The notes under the pieces: model-generated
The model's database searches: none
Told to the model about the DNA's origin: nothing
Seen by the model: only the letters and a program-made list of their open reading frames with translations
Translations under genes and position numbers: made by a program
Origin: Octopus bimaculoides
Lineage: Eukaryota
DNA: 64,000 nt
Assembly: GCF_001194135.2 (NCBI RefSeq)
Contig: NC_068991.1
Span: forward strand, 30,376,933 to 30,440,932
Direction: 5' to 3'
Shown: in pieces, positions 41,560 through 53,374 of the stretch
Position numbering within the stretch: position 1 is the first letter of the stretch
Layout of the letters: each line of letters starts with the position of its first letter

Positions 41560-41606
41560 AAGGGTAAGTGACACTCCCTGTTTTCCTTCTTTATTTCCTG
41601 GCCAGC

Positions 41607-43432
41607 ATGGTGGTTCTTAAAGTAGGGTGTATAAATGTACGTGGCCTGGGGTCGTCGTGGAAGCAAAGGCGCTTGCGCAACAAACTCAAGTGGCTAAGTT
41701 TGAATGTAACAGCCACCAGTGAGACTAGGATCGCGGACACACGGGCCTTGGCTCCTGTTTTTGATGACTGAGATTTTCGCATCTCTTAGTAGATCGGGAA
41801 TGGGGGGTGGGTGACAATGTTGTTCAGAAATGGCTTGGATCTCGAGATATGGTCGGTCTTCTTGGACCGGAAGGTAAGTCGGTGGTCCTGGACGTGAATG
41901 ATAACGAAAGCAGTGCTTTTAGTCTGGTTGCAGTGTACGCACCGACTGGTGTGGGGCAGCCGGAGTTCTTCAAACGCCTAGAGGCCTTTCTAGGGACGTC
42001 TCGCTCTTTAGTGCTAGTGGACGATTGGAACGCCATTTTGGATGCACGTGTGGATTTGGTGGGGCTAGCAGATAAACATGTGGGGTGCGCAAGCTTCGCA
42101 AGCCTGTTCAGCCGTTTCCAGCTAGCGAACAGGTTCAGACTGGATTTTCCGAACACTCGAGTGTGAACATGGGCAAACAGTGTCGGGTCATCCAGATCTT
42201 ATCTAGATAGGATATTTTGTAGGCCAGCAGATAGGAGTAGCATAGGGTGTTCACAATTTAAATTCGTCAACTACATAGACCACAAATTTGTGAGCTGTAC
42301 GGTTGACCTAGATAGGTTTCATAGGCAGGGACCCGGATACTGAAAGCTGAACGCATCCTTCCCGCCATGTCAAGCTTTCAGAGACCGGCTTAGCAAGTTA
42401 GTCCATCGAAAGTTGACGGGTGCAGTCGTCAGCAACCGATGGTGGGGTGGGAGGTTAAAACGTGCGATTAAAGTTGGAGCTGTAGAACTTAGCAGAGAAC
42501 AAGTAAAAGAGAAGACTAGAGTAGAGGGAGACATAGTTAGGAAATTAAAAGAGGCGCTCAGTAGAGGCATAATGACCAAGGTGCTGGCAGCAAGATTGGT
42601 TCTGAACCAATTTTCTAAGGCTAAGCATGAAGGTTGCATTGTCAGAACTAGGGCGTGTGCTCTAAAGCTGGAGGGAACGGAAGCTGTTCGACGGACCCAG
42701 GTGGCCGAGGCGCAACGTTTTGATTAAACTACAATTCGGTCTTTGAGGGGTCGAGACGGGCGCATGCTACACGAATCGACACACACGTGTGCGGAATTTC
42801 AGCAGCATTTTGTTGAACTGTACGGGGTGTGCTGTGGTCCGAAGGCGGAGGTGAACTTCACTTCCTACCTTGATGGTATAGCGCGGCTTTCGGTCAGGGA
42901 CGTGGAGTTCTGCGAAATGCCAATGACAGCTGAAGATATACGCGACGCGTTGGCTAGTTGCATGAAGGAGAGGTCTCCGGGATTGGATGATCTGCCCTTC
43001 CAGCTTTATATACATATGTCAGACTTGTTTGGTAAGCTTTTAGTAGATGTTTACCACAACTGGCATCAGAATGGGAGAATACCGGGATCTGAGAGCCGAA
43101 CATCGTTGATAACTTTAGGCCGGTAACTCTGCTAAATACAGATTACAAAATTTTGGGCAAGGTGTTAGCAAAGAGGTTGGTGCATGTTATTGACAGACTG
43201 GTGGGTGATGCGCAGTTTTGCGCTATCCCCAGCAGAACTATACACGACAACCTCCACGTCACACGATACATCATAGAGAGGGTTGATAAAGAACCTGGCA
43301 TGGGCGTGGCCCTGATACATTTAGATCAATCGAAAGCTTTTGATAGGGTAGACCGTCTGTACTTGGAAGCTGTCCTCAAGGCAGCTAGTTTCGGTCCAGT
43401 TTTCAGAGGCTGGATCACTGCAATGTACAGCG
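41607..43432 (+). pseudogene. Tx1-like ORF2: apurinic endonuclease plus start of reverse transcriptase, multiple stops and frameshifts
   Basis: MVVLKVGCINVRGL; FSLVAVYAPTG; LVLVDDWNAILD; SRSYLDRIF; YIDHKFV; ERSPGLDDLPFQLY; RTIHDNLHVTRYII; LIHLDQSKAFDRVDRLYLEAVL. Confidence 0.9.
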
Positions 43433-43540
43433 GTGCTCAACTGGTACTTATTTTATCGACCCAGAATTGATAAGAGCAACGTCAACCTCGAAATGCTGCA
43501 AAGCATTGTTCCCGGCATGTTAAGAATTCAAGCCGCTCAC
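43433..43540 (-). mobile_element. SINE family C fragment at the Tx1 truncation point
   Basis: gtgctcaactggtacttattttatcgacccag..gtcaacctcg..aaatgctgcaaagcatt..cccggcatg. Confidence 0.7.
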
Positions 43541-44382
43541 TGCCTCATCCTCTGCTTTAATATGAGAGAAAACCACAAAAGCTTGCAGCAAGATTACGTC
43601 GAACTTATTTCTTGGCAGTTGTTTTCAATTGAGTTCCACACCCTATCAACGCAACCAATAGACCGACAAATTTCTCAAGAAACATAAGGAATATATATAT
43701 ATATATATANNNNNNNNNNNNNNNNNNNNNNNNNNNNNNNNNNNNNNNNNNNNNNNNNNNNNNNNNNNNNNNNNNNNNNNNNNNNNNNNNNNNNNNNNNN
43801 NNNNNNNNNNNNNNNNNNNNNNNNNNNNNNNNNNNNNNNNNNNNNNNNNNNNNNNNNNNNNNNNNNNNNNNNNNNNNNNNNNNNNNNNNNNNNNNNNNNN
43901 NNNNNNNNNNNNNNNNNNNNNNNNNNNNNNNNNNNNNNNNNNNNNNNNNNNNNNNNNNNNNNNNNNNNNNNNNNNNNNNNNNNNNNNNNNNNNNNNNNNN
44001 NNNNNNNNNNNNNNNNNNNNNNNNNNNNNNNNNNNNNNNNNNNNNNNNNNNNNNNNNNNNNNNNNNNNNNNNNNNNNNNNNNNNNNNNNNNNNNNNNNNN
44101 NNNNNNNNNNNNNNNNNNNNNNNNNNNNNNNNNNNNNNNNNNNNNNNNNNNNNNNNNNNNNNNNNNNNNNNNNNNNNNNNNNNNNNNNNNNNNNNNNNNN
44201 NNNNNNNNNNNNNNNNNNNATAATATATACACATACATATGCATGCACAAAAGGTAAAACTATATATTCAAAACTTATAAACTTATTTACACATCAATAT
44301 TTATGTACAGATGTATATGTATACGTGTGCCTATACACACATATAAACAGGTGTATTGTGATTATATCGTATGTTTATAAAT

Positions 44383-44432
<50 letters not shown>

Positions 44433-44915
44433 GATACATATGTATATATTTGAAGTGTGTGTTTGTGTCATTACTGATATAAGACCGAAAAGAGCATATT
44501 GTGTAAAAGAAATATGTAAATGATAGACATTTCGAGCAACGCTGATATATAATCGTCAGTGATCATCTTTACTATGTGCTCTATTGACTTCGGTAGATCT
44601 AGCGAACATAGCGAATTGTTCTTGGTGGACCCGATGAACTTATCAAAGCTCATCTATAGGATTAATATGTGAGTGTACATATATATATATATATAAATAC
44701 GTATACACTTACATATACACATACACAAATATGCATATAAATACATATATAAAAACATAAATAAAAACACAATCACTCAGATGCACACATATACACACAC
44801 TCATACATATACGTATATATATGACTATATATATATATATATATTATATGTACGAGTTAATGTATGTTTATTTTACCTATATTCGAATTCATATTCTCCA
44901 CATAAGTATTTGCAT

Positions 44916-44950
<35 letters not shown>

Positions 44951-45136
44951 TGTGTTTCAGCCAAGTGGCTGCGGTCATGCTGGTGCACCACCGTGAGTAT
45001 TAGTGTTATTCTTCAAAGTCCGTCCATATATTGGTGACGTGAAGCTTGGTGTCACGAAATTTAATATTTCAGTATTAATACAAACACGTACAGGCACACG
45101 CAAATACACACTCGTATATATGCATACATACATTCA

Positions 45137-45184
<48 letters not shown>

Positions 45185-45309
45185 GCATATATATATATTT
45201 ATGTACATACACCCATATATACATACCTCCACACATGTATATTCATAAGCATGTCTATGTGACTATATACATATATAAATATATTTATGTGTATGTATGT
45301 GTGTGTGCG

Positions 45310-45412
<103 letters not shown>

Positions 45413-46814
45413 GTGTGTGCTCATATATAAAGCTATAAACAAACAAAATCTCCAAGTGTTATGATGTAGATGTCAAATATGTTTGTAAAGTATTTTATGA
45501 ACTTTATCTCAATCAAATCGACACGAATCAGCGATCCGGTTTCTATTTACAGTTTAAATTATTTTTATTTTGTAATAGAAGGTCAATAGAAGGCCGGACA
45601 CATCACAACCTGCCTTTTTCTCATCCTGGTTAATTAGTTATATTTTCACCATACATATTACCAATATGGTTTTGCATTTGATTTAGTATTTCTATAAATT
45701 AGAAATTGTGGACGCATGGAATAAGGGCCTTTCTGATCTTAAAATAATTAAGAAAAGAATTATTGAAACGTCAAACAAAAGAAACTTACAACAGTAAATT
45801 ACAAAACGATACATAAGAATTGTGAAAACAGAATATTAATGTATATTATTTTGCTCCGAGCTGTTTCGCAGTCTGCCATCCTCAATGCATATGTGCGTCT
45901 GTGTATTCGTGTGCGTGAGTAGGAGGGAGAGGTAGTGAGAGAGAAAGAGAGAGAGAGAGCGTGTCCGGCATTTCATTGACTATTCCTTTGGTAGTTACAG
46001 ATGTATAAGATAGTGTTTGACATGGCGTTAATTATGTTTGTAAATTGGTCGATGTAGTACATCTCCAACTAACAGCTGATGGACCGCCGGTTGCTATCAT
46101 ATTACTAGAGCTACAACTATTACTGGCTCAACTATTACTAAGTCGCATAACCTCCTCTTCCAGACCGCTTCTGATCTTCCTGCCCAAGTTACACCGCTCT
46201 ACATGTACACCATTCAAAGATGACGTTCCTAGTTTTACTTCATACCAAACAGCGACTCGAAGATTTGCTTAAAACATCTATACAGTCTACTTAATGTTAA
46301 ATCCTCAAATATTAGAACACATTACATGAACTGGAGCCCCTTTGAGTGAGCCCAACAAAATTGCCACAGGGATTAGAGGAATTAATCTTTCACCCGGTTT
46401 ATCACAGCTATTTACTCCTTTAGTACATTTAGTAGAGTCCACCCTATTTCAAATAAACTTGGTCTGCGAATAAATCCCATCCCCTAACCAGTCACAGCAA
46501 CTCTAAAAACGGCCATAGATGCAGGTTTTCTTCATCTAAGAACACAACAAAGCAAATCTGAAAAATTAAACCAGCTGCCCTCAACATAACAACTGCTTCA
46601 AGCTTTCATCTATCAATGTATCTTGTGTACTGAGGTCAACCTTTTCAATCGTCTGCAAACTTGCTCTGTTGACTTCTAATGTCCAAAGGTAACTACTATC
46701 GGTTCGACGAACAAACAGCATTATGCTGCCGTAGCACAGCTGGAATTTCATTTCTATATCGTGTTACTAAGGAGAGTAAGTCGTTAACATCCGCCTCTGT
46801 TAATTGAAATATGT

Positions 46815-47063
46815 ATTTATTCTTTTATTTTTTAATTGTTTCAGTCATTTGACTGCGGCCATGCTGGAGCACCACTTTGAAGGGTTTAAGCCAAACAAAT
46901 CGGCCCCATGACGTTTTTAAAGCCTAGTACTTCTCCTATCGGTCACTTTTGCCGAAACGGTCCGATACGGCGACGTAAACACACCAACACTAGTTGTCAA
47001 GCGAGGATGGAGGGACAAACACAAACACAAAAGCACACACACATTTATATAAATATATATATC

Positions 47064-47123
<60 letters not shown>

Positions 47124-47285
47124 GATAGGCTTCTTTCAGTTTCCGTCTACCAAATCCACTCACAGCGCTTTGCTAGGCCTAAGGCTATAGTAGAAGACAC
47201 TTTCCCAAGGTGCCACGCAGTGGGATTGAACCCGGAATCATGTGGTTGGGAGGCAAGCTGCTTACCATAGAGCCACGCCTGCACC
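46815..47285 (-). mobile_element. SINE family A copy, full length
   Basis: ttgtttcagtcatttgactgcggccatgctggagcac ... (TA)n ... ttctttcagtttccgtctaccaaatccactcac ... cagccacgcc-like head. Confidence 0.9.
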
Positions 47286-47597
47286 TTGCCTATAGTAGAA
47301 GCCCGTCATGGCTGCGTTTAGGATGGCCGAATGATTGAATCTTTGGGTATGCAGTTTCGACAACAGCCTCGGGTCATCTTCAGCTGTATGGTGGTACATG
47401 GAAAATATGTAGATGCCCGTCAGATCGACTGTACATAAAGTATTATTCAAAGATCTAGATTTGTCACACAATGTCGCGCATATTCTGCCAGATTATTATA
47501 TTAAAGGTACAGGCGTCATTAGAAAAGTCACTCATTGATGCGAGAGAACAAGATGCACTACAACTACATTTCAAAGGATCAGCCTTGTAAAATACTA

Positions 47598-47818
47598 TAC
47601 GAGGGGGTACTGAAAAGTTCCTTGCTTCGGGTAAAAGAAAATACAGGAGAATCAGTTAATTATGATTTTATTCAACATAGTCCCCTCTCAGATTCATGCA
47701 CTTATTGTAGCAGTCTTTCAGTTTTTCTAAGGCCTGTAAAAGAACTCGGAAATTTGGGCCTCCAGTCAGGTCTTTCGTGAGGCTCTTAAAACCAGGAACT
47801 TTTCAGCACCTCCTCGTA
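47598..47818 (-). mobile_element. Mariner-derived MITE with 25-bp TIR span including TA
   Basis: Left end TACGAGGGGGTACTGAAAAGTTCCT; right end reverse-complements to TACGAGGAGGTGCTGAAAAGTTCCT (2 mismatches). The interior encodes a mariner C-terminus on the minus strand: LLQALEKLKDCYNKCMNLRGDYVE*. Confidence 0.9.
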
Positions 47819-47883
47819 CCACCATATTTCCCCCTGAGAAATATATTAAGGATTTGTGTTTAAGGAAGACATTAACCATTTAT

Positions 47884-48900
47884 TCATACAATGTTTATCC
47901 TACAATGACTTTTTAGTTCAGTTGATCGAAGAACTGGAACACCTTTATCGAAATTGATGCGATGTCCACCCAAATCAGGATAAAACTTCTTAGTTCCAAT
48001 TGGGCACTGAAACATGTATACTACAGTCATACAACTGATATCATAAAGCAAGGCATACACTCCACAACTGTCCTTCGGAAATGTATACTCTCCACCTAAC
48101 GAAAAATATAATACAGAATACCGACATTGGCACTTTAGAGGATTTGGTCTCGTACAGCAATCATCTAAGTTCAAATCTTTACAGAAGCGATTTCACTTTC
48201 ACACATCTTAGACCTTCAAATTAATACTAGAATTATATCTGACTTATTCTAAATGATCTGAGGCGTCGGTGTCACTTTTATTCCAGTAATGTGGTGAGGA
48301 AGACACAAAGAGCAAAAAGATGTACACCCAGCAATCTGAGGCTACACAATTTTTTCGATTCCCAATTAAGGCAGTTTTATAAATTTGAACTTCACCCGTA
48401 AAGCTATAAATCTCATTTTCAACTTCCTCTTCGAAAATGTCCAACCTGTAAACTTACTCAAAAGAAACCAATTATTTAGCAACTGTCATAGGATCAAAAA
48501 TACACATCTCAAAAATTGAAACTTGTGTCTTAGTTTCAATTCTTGTATTGTAGAATAATTTCACTACAACCGCTCATAAATTGATGAGATATTTAAACAC
48601 CTCCACCGCCAAATATTCTTTGGAATCTTGTGTATTTTACTTAAATATTAACTAAAATATTTGATAGAGATACTTTTTTCAGATAATTCTTTATTTACAC
48701 TACAAATAGCAGATAGAAAGGCATGAAGGCAATGGCATCAAGTTTCCCTACAGACGAAACCAAAAAGAAACATCTTCATTGTAAAGTTTGTAAAATTTGG
48801 TTTACGTTAGAGAAATGACGTTGTTAAGAAAATCACGAATTTTCCCTTTTAGGTTAAACACATCGAAAATTAAGTCTTTGGACTCCTCAGAACTAATCTT
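47884..48900 (-). pseudogene. Decayed intronless reading frame, possibly a very-large-inducible-GTPase (GVIN1/VLIG-like) C-terminal region
   Basis: Much of about 1 kb reads as protein-like sequence in one frame with scattered stops. Pieces include IEKIV*PQIAGCTSFCSLC (cf. GC-x3-CPFC), DH, GLRC, LDDCCT and KKFYPDLGGHRINFD, in the recalled VLIG order. The family assignment is by recall only. Confidence 0.4.
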
Positions 48901-49740
48901 CGACACCCCACTTTAACTGTTGTTGGCTATCGTAGGTTAAAAACGGAAACTTTTGATTGTTCATTTGTTTTCTTGCCAGGAAAACGATTTTATTCGTGAG
49001 AGGGCTTTTGTGTATCAAAGTTGAAAACAAATTAATATTTAAAGTTATTTATTTATTTTATTTAAAAGCTTGTCTAAAGCTGATACATCTTGACAGACCG
49101 AGGAATATATCTAATAAACTTTCTTCAAATCAATAACTAGAAAGAAATACTAGAAAAGAAAACGAACATTTAAAATATCTGCTGTTAAATTATCTTGATT
49201 GGTAGATCATGGAAAATAATTTCTCTCAGAGGCTTACATCTGAGGGATTGGGGTTCAAATTCCCTCACACAGCGTTTTGTACTCTTTTTGGAGCTGATAA
49301 AGCACAACTACAAATAATAACTTGAGGGCAACCAAAATTAACACCATCTTTTCTTTCGAACCAACGATGTTCATTTTAACTGCTAGGAATAGCACCTTAA
49401 TTTCTTTAAAATTTTATTCTTAAGGTCTAAAAAGAAAAAGATGCAAATTGAGATGCACGGAAGCAGAAAATATCGTCATGGTTGGAAAATTTTAGTTCAT
49501 AGTTATCTTTAATCAATGCTAGCCTGAGCTGAAAAGTAATATAAAACTTTTTGAAGAGAGAACAAAAAATTGTAACGTCTGTTGATGGTAACTATATAAA
49601 ATTCAAGATGATTGTTGCTTTTACATGGTCGTCGGTATGAATGAGTTAGGAAATATTGAAAGATTGAATAAGTTCGTTGTTGTATTTTTGGAAGGTCATT
49701 TTGCAAAAATGACACACCCACTGGCTCTCTTTCACTTCTA

Positions 49741-49815
49741 CTCCTCCTCTTCCTCTTCCTCCTCCACCTCCTCCTCCTCCTCCTCCTCCTCCTTCTTCTT
49801 CTTCTTCTTCTTCTT

Positions 49816-49877
<62 letters not shown>

Positions 49878-49890
49878 CATCATCATTATT
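49741..49890. repeat. Compound (TCC)n(TTC)n(TTA)n(TCA)n microsatellite
   Basis: Direct inspection. Confidence 0.95.
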
Positions 49891-49894
49891 ATTA

Positions 49895-50107
49895 AGTTGG
49901 TGAGCTAGCAAAAGCCGTTAGTATGCCGGACAAAATGCCTGGCAATATTTTGTCTGTCTTTATGTTCTGAATTCAAATTCTGCCGAGGTCAGCTTTGTTT
50001 ATCTTCCTTTCGGGGTCGATAAAACAAGTACCAGTTGAACACTGGGGGCCGATGTAATCGACTTATATTCTCCCCGAAATTGCTTACCTTGTTCCAAAAT
50101 TTGAAAC
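49895..50107 (+). mobile_element. SINE family C
   Basis: ggtgagctagcaaaagccgttag..tctgaattcaaattctgccgaggtc..cctttcggggtcgataaaacaagtaccagttg..ccaaaatttgaaac. Confidence 0.85.
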
Positions 50108-50330
50108 TTGCGTTGTTCGAATGCAAAATGGTCACATTCCAAATATTCTTTTGTATGGTCAACTAGTACAGGTATTCCGCGGTAAAGGAAGACGCATCCT
50201 TAGAAGTAAGGATATGTTGAAACATTCACTAAAATCCTTAGAGTCTAATTTAATATCTTGGTAAAAATTATTGCCTAGATCTGTCTGAGTGGCGTAGAAT
50301 GTGTCATGATGAATTTATACAATTTAAGTT
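50108..50330 (+). mobile_element. RTE-clade LINE C-terminal fragment
   Basis: VVRMQNGHIPNILLYGQLVQVFRGKGRRILRSKDMLKHSLK matches RTE 'HV.RM...R.PK.LLYGEL..G.R..G....R.KD.LK'. Directly abuts an upstream SINE. Confidence 0.7.
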
Positions 50331-50739
50331 GGGAACAGAACAATAACAGAATTTTATGCGGCAGTCAACAGATGCATTTACGCAATCCCAAGCAAAATTA
50401 AACTTATCATTGTCCCCATTGTGACTTCATAGCAAAATCCATATCTATACTCATTATATTCACGTATCCATCGCAAATAGATACAACTCCTGTTATTCTT
50501 AATCATTTTCGATAAAATAAAGTAGTAAATAAAACACTGGAGTCGATGTAATTGGCGAAACCCTTTTCATAAAATCGCTGGCCTTGTACCTTTATCAGAA
50601 AGAATTAGATAAAAGATAGAGTCGAAAATAAAGCCGTTATGTTGTTTCGGCTCTTTACATTCTGGATGAACTCTGCTCTTCATTCTTACGGTGTGAATGA
50701 AACAAAGTACCAGTCCACTACTGGAGTCAATACTTGCCT

Positions 50740-50930
50740 CTCTAAGTAAAGCAGAATCATTAGCACGCCGGACAAAACGCATAGTGGTATTTCTTCCGGC
50801 TTTACCTTTGAGTCAACATTCCACCGAGGTTGACTTTTCGGGGTTGATAAAATAAGTACCAATTGAGCACTAGGGAAACGACTTACCCCCTCCTACCAAA
50901 ATCCTGGCTTTGTGCCAAAATTTGAAATCA
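50740..50930 (+). mobile_element. SINE family C
   Basis: gcagaatcattagcacgccggacaaaacg..gggttgataaaataagtaccaattgagcac..ggctttgtgccaaaatttgaaa. Further partial copies at about 50525-50600 and 50690-50735. Confidence 0.8.
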
Positions 50931-51363
50931 ATATAAGCCTCTTCACAAATTTCTGACCTTGTGCCTGTATCGGGAATGATTGTACAACGTGAATAAAAAT
51001 AAATTTCTAAAAGGACTTTTTAAACAAGCTGAATTAAATGATGTGTAATGTAATAAATTGAATATCGTTTACAGTTGAAATTAGTGCAATGCATATGAAA
51101 GCAAGCAGAAAGAAGGCGACTCCTGAAACACATGTTAGGTTGAGACTGAACCATAGGAATCAGGCAGCTTATATATCATTTCAAAATTTGAAGAATTCTC
51201 AGTCTAATTCTTTTAGAAGATTTATATTAATTATAAACTGTATATTCAAGCACTTTGCCAGTTGTATATACACCATCAAATAATCTCTCACTCCCTTGCT
51301 ACTCACTCAATCTCTCCCTCTTTTTCGCACGTTGTGTTGTTTTAAATTTGGTTTATTCTGAAG

Positions 51364-51407
<44 letters not shown>

Positions 51408-51439
51408 TCGCACACACACTCACACACATATATTTATAT

Positions 51440-51817
51440 ACTCTTTTACTTGTTTCAGTCATTTGACTGCGGCGATGCTGGAGCACCGCCTTTAGTCGAG
51501 AAAATCGACCCCAGGACTTATTCTTTGGATGCCTAGTACTTATTCTACGGGGACGTAAACACATCGCCATCGATTGTCAAGCAATGCTAGGGGAGGGGGA
51601 CAAATACAGACACACAAACACATACATACATATATATATATATATACATATATACGACAGGCTTCTTTCAGTTTCCGTCTTCCAAATCCACTCACAAGGC
51701 TTTGCTCGGCCCGAGGCTATAGTAGAAGACACTTGCCCAATGTGCCACGCAGTGGGAATGAACCCAGAACCATGTGGTTGGTAAGCAAGCTACTTACCAC
51801 ACAGCCACTCCTGCGCC
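51440..51817 (-). mobile_element. SINE family A copy
   Basis: Same structure. The head ends cagccactcctgcgcc and directly abuts a family B' tail. Confidence 0.9.
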
Positions 51818-52135
51818 TGGTACTCCGTCGGTTACGACGACAACGGTTTAAGTCGATCCGATCAACAAAACAGCCTGCTCGTAAAATCAACGTGCAAGCG
51901 ACTGAGCACTCTACAGACACGCGTACCCTTAACGTAGTTCTCGGAGAGATTCAGCGTGACACAAAATGTGACAAGGCCGGCCCTTTGATTTACAGGTACT
52001 ATTCATTTTTGCCAGTTGAGTGGACTGGAGCAATAAGAAATGAAATGTTTTGTTCAAGGACAACGCGTCACCGGTTTTTGAACTCAGACCTTACGATCGT
52101 GAGCCGAATATCCTAACTACTAAGCTACATGCCTT

Positions 52136-52139
<4 letters not shown>
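51818..52139 (-). mobile_element. tRNA-headed SINE family B' (CORE-like middle, family B tail)
   Basis: The tail (actccgtcg..cagcctgctcg..cttaacgtagttctcgg..ttcagcgtgac) is shared with family B, while the body (actggagcaa..gaaatgaa..tcaaggacaac) and the head differ. Confidence 0.8.
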
Positions 52140-52178
<39 letters not shown>

Positions 52179-52249
52179 ACATGCATATATGTACGAGTGA
52201 GTCGGTAAACGAAAAAAGGTGGCACTCAACACATTTCGTAGGAGTCAAA

Positions 52250-53000
52250 CATAGTATTTCATAACAGTTTGATTAGGTTCCATTAAAGTGCATTTGAATG
52301 CTTTTCAGGAGAGATATTTGTTAATTTCAAAGAAGTACAAAACTCTAATCGCCTTAAAAATGGGATCCTCCAACTTTAATGCACTTGTAGCACTCTAGAC
52401 ATTTCGTGAAATTCCCATGAATGTCCTCCAAGAAGAAGATGCCCAGGGCAATTGTCACAGCCTCCTTCAGCTTGATTAACAACGAAAAGTCACAGCGAGC
52501 AAGGTCTGGACTGTAGGGAGGGTGAGGGACAGTTTTGATACATACACATGTTCTTCAATTAACAGGATTCACAGGGTGGAATTGTGGACTAGTGTGTTTT
52601 CCTGCTGCCACTAAGCTGAGTGGAAGAACTCTGACCTTTTGCGATGAAATTTCCTCCTGAACTCCCTCAAAACCTCCACAAAATACTCTTTGTTGACTAT
52701 TTGGCAGAGGATGTACGTGATTCCCTTACCGTCGAAAAAGGGGATCATCATCAGCTTCCCGATGGATTTGTTTTGTCTGGGCTCTTGCACAAAACATACT
52801 CAAAACAACATCAGCACAAAACATACTCGGCTCAAACAAATTAATTCATAAGCAATCTGGAGTATTTCATAAGTTTCTGTAGCGTCTTTGTCCAGTTAAA
52901 CACGAAATTAAATACTGCATAGCGAACTTCCAAATCGTCTTCACGTCCCGACTGCATTCTATAAACTGGTCAGCTGTGACAAGCAGTGTTTAGTTGAGTT
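52250..53000 (-). mobile_element. Second mariner lineage, internally deleted transposase relic
   Basis: RARQNKSIGKLMMIPFFDGKG; VNKEYFVEVLREFRRKFHRKR; IKTVPHPPYSPDLARCDF; EDIHGNFTKCLECYKCIKVGGSHF. Boundaries approximate. Confidence 0.85.
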
Positions 53001-53242
53001 TGTTGAAAATGCTGTTACAGCCGTTTCCTCCTGCCTGTCAAAGCTTCCTTCAGCTTGGAAGAAATAGAGACGTACCAGCATTACCCTGCAGCACGCTTGA
53101 ACAGTTATGATCTCTTCTTATGGAACCATCGGTTGCGTTATTAAATCACATTCACTGATTTATGCACACACACACACACACACACACACNNNNNNNNNNN
53201 NNNNNNNNNNNNNNNNNNNNNNNNNNNNNNNNNNNNNNNNNN

Positions 53243-53273
<31 letters not shown>

Positions 53274-53374
53274 TTGGGAAGCAAGCTTCTTATCACTTAA
53301 GCAGTCTTGTGCCTACGTGTGTGTTTTGAAAACTTTAAATTTCATATTTCCTTCCAACTAATGGTTTGATGATA

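Larger units (their letters stand above)
39553..43432 (+). mobile_element. Tx1/L1-clade non-LTR retrotransposon, 5' two-thirds (5'UTR, ORF1, ORF2 APE plus N-terminal RT), decayed and 3'-truncated
   Basis: ORF1 has a CCHC knuckle (CHDCGSTAHLRLHC). ORF2 has APE motifs (INVRGL, ETR, VYAP, DDWN for GDWN, YLDRIF, GPGY*KLN) and RT motifs (SPGLDDLP, TDYKILGKVLAKRL, LDQSKAFDRVD). It ends abruptly at a SINE fragment near 43432. The 5' boundary is approximate. Confidence 0.9.

Noticed and set aside
44471-44653. Minus-strand 60-aa ORF MSFDKFIGST.. as an exon
   Set aside because: An acceptor is possible, but there is no good donor and no recognisable peptide.
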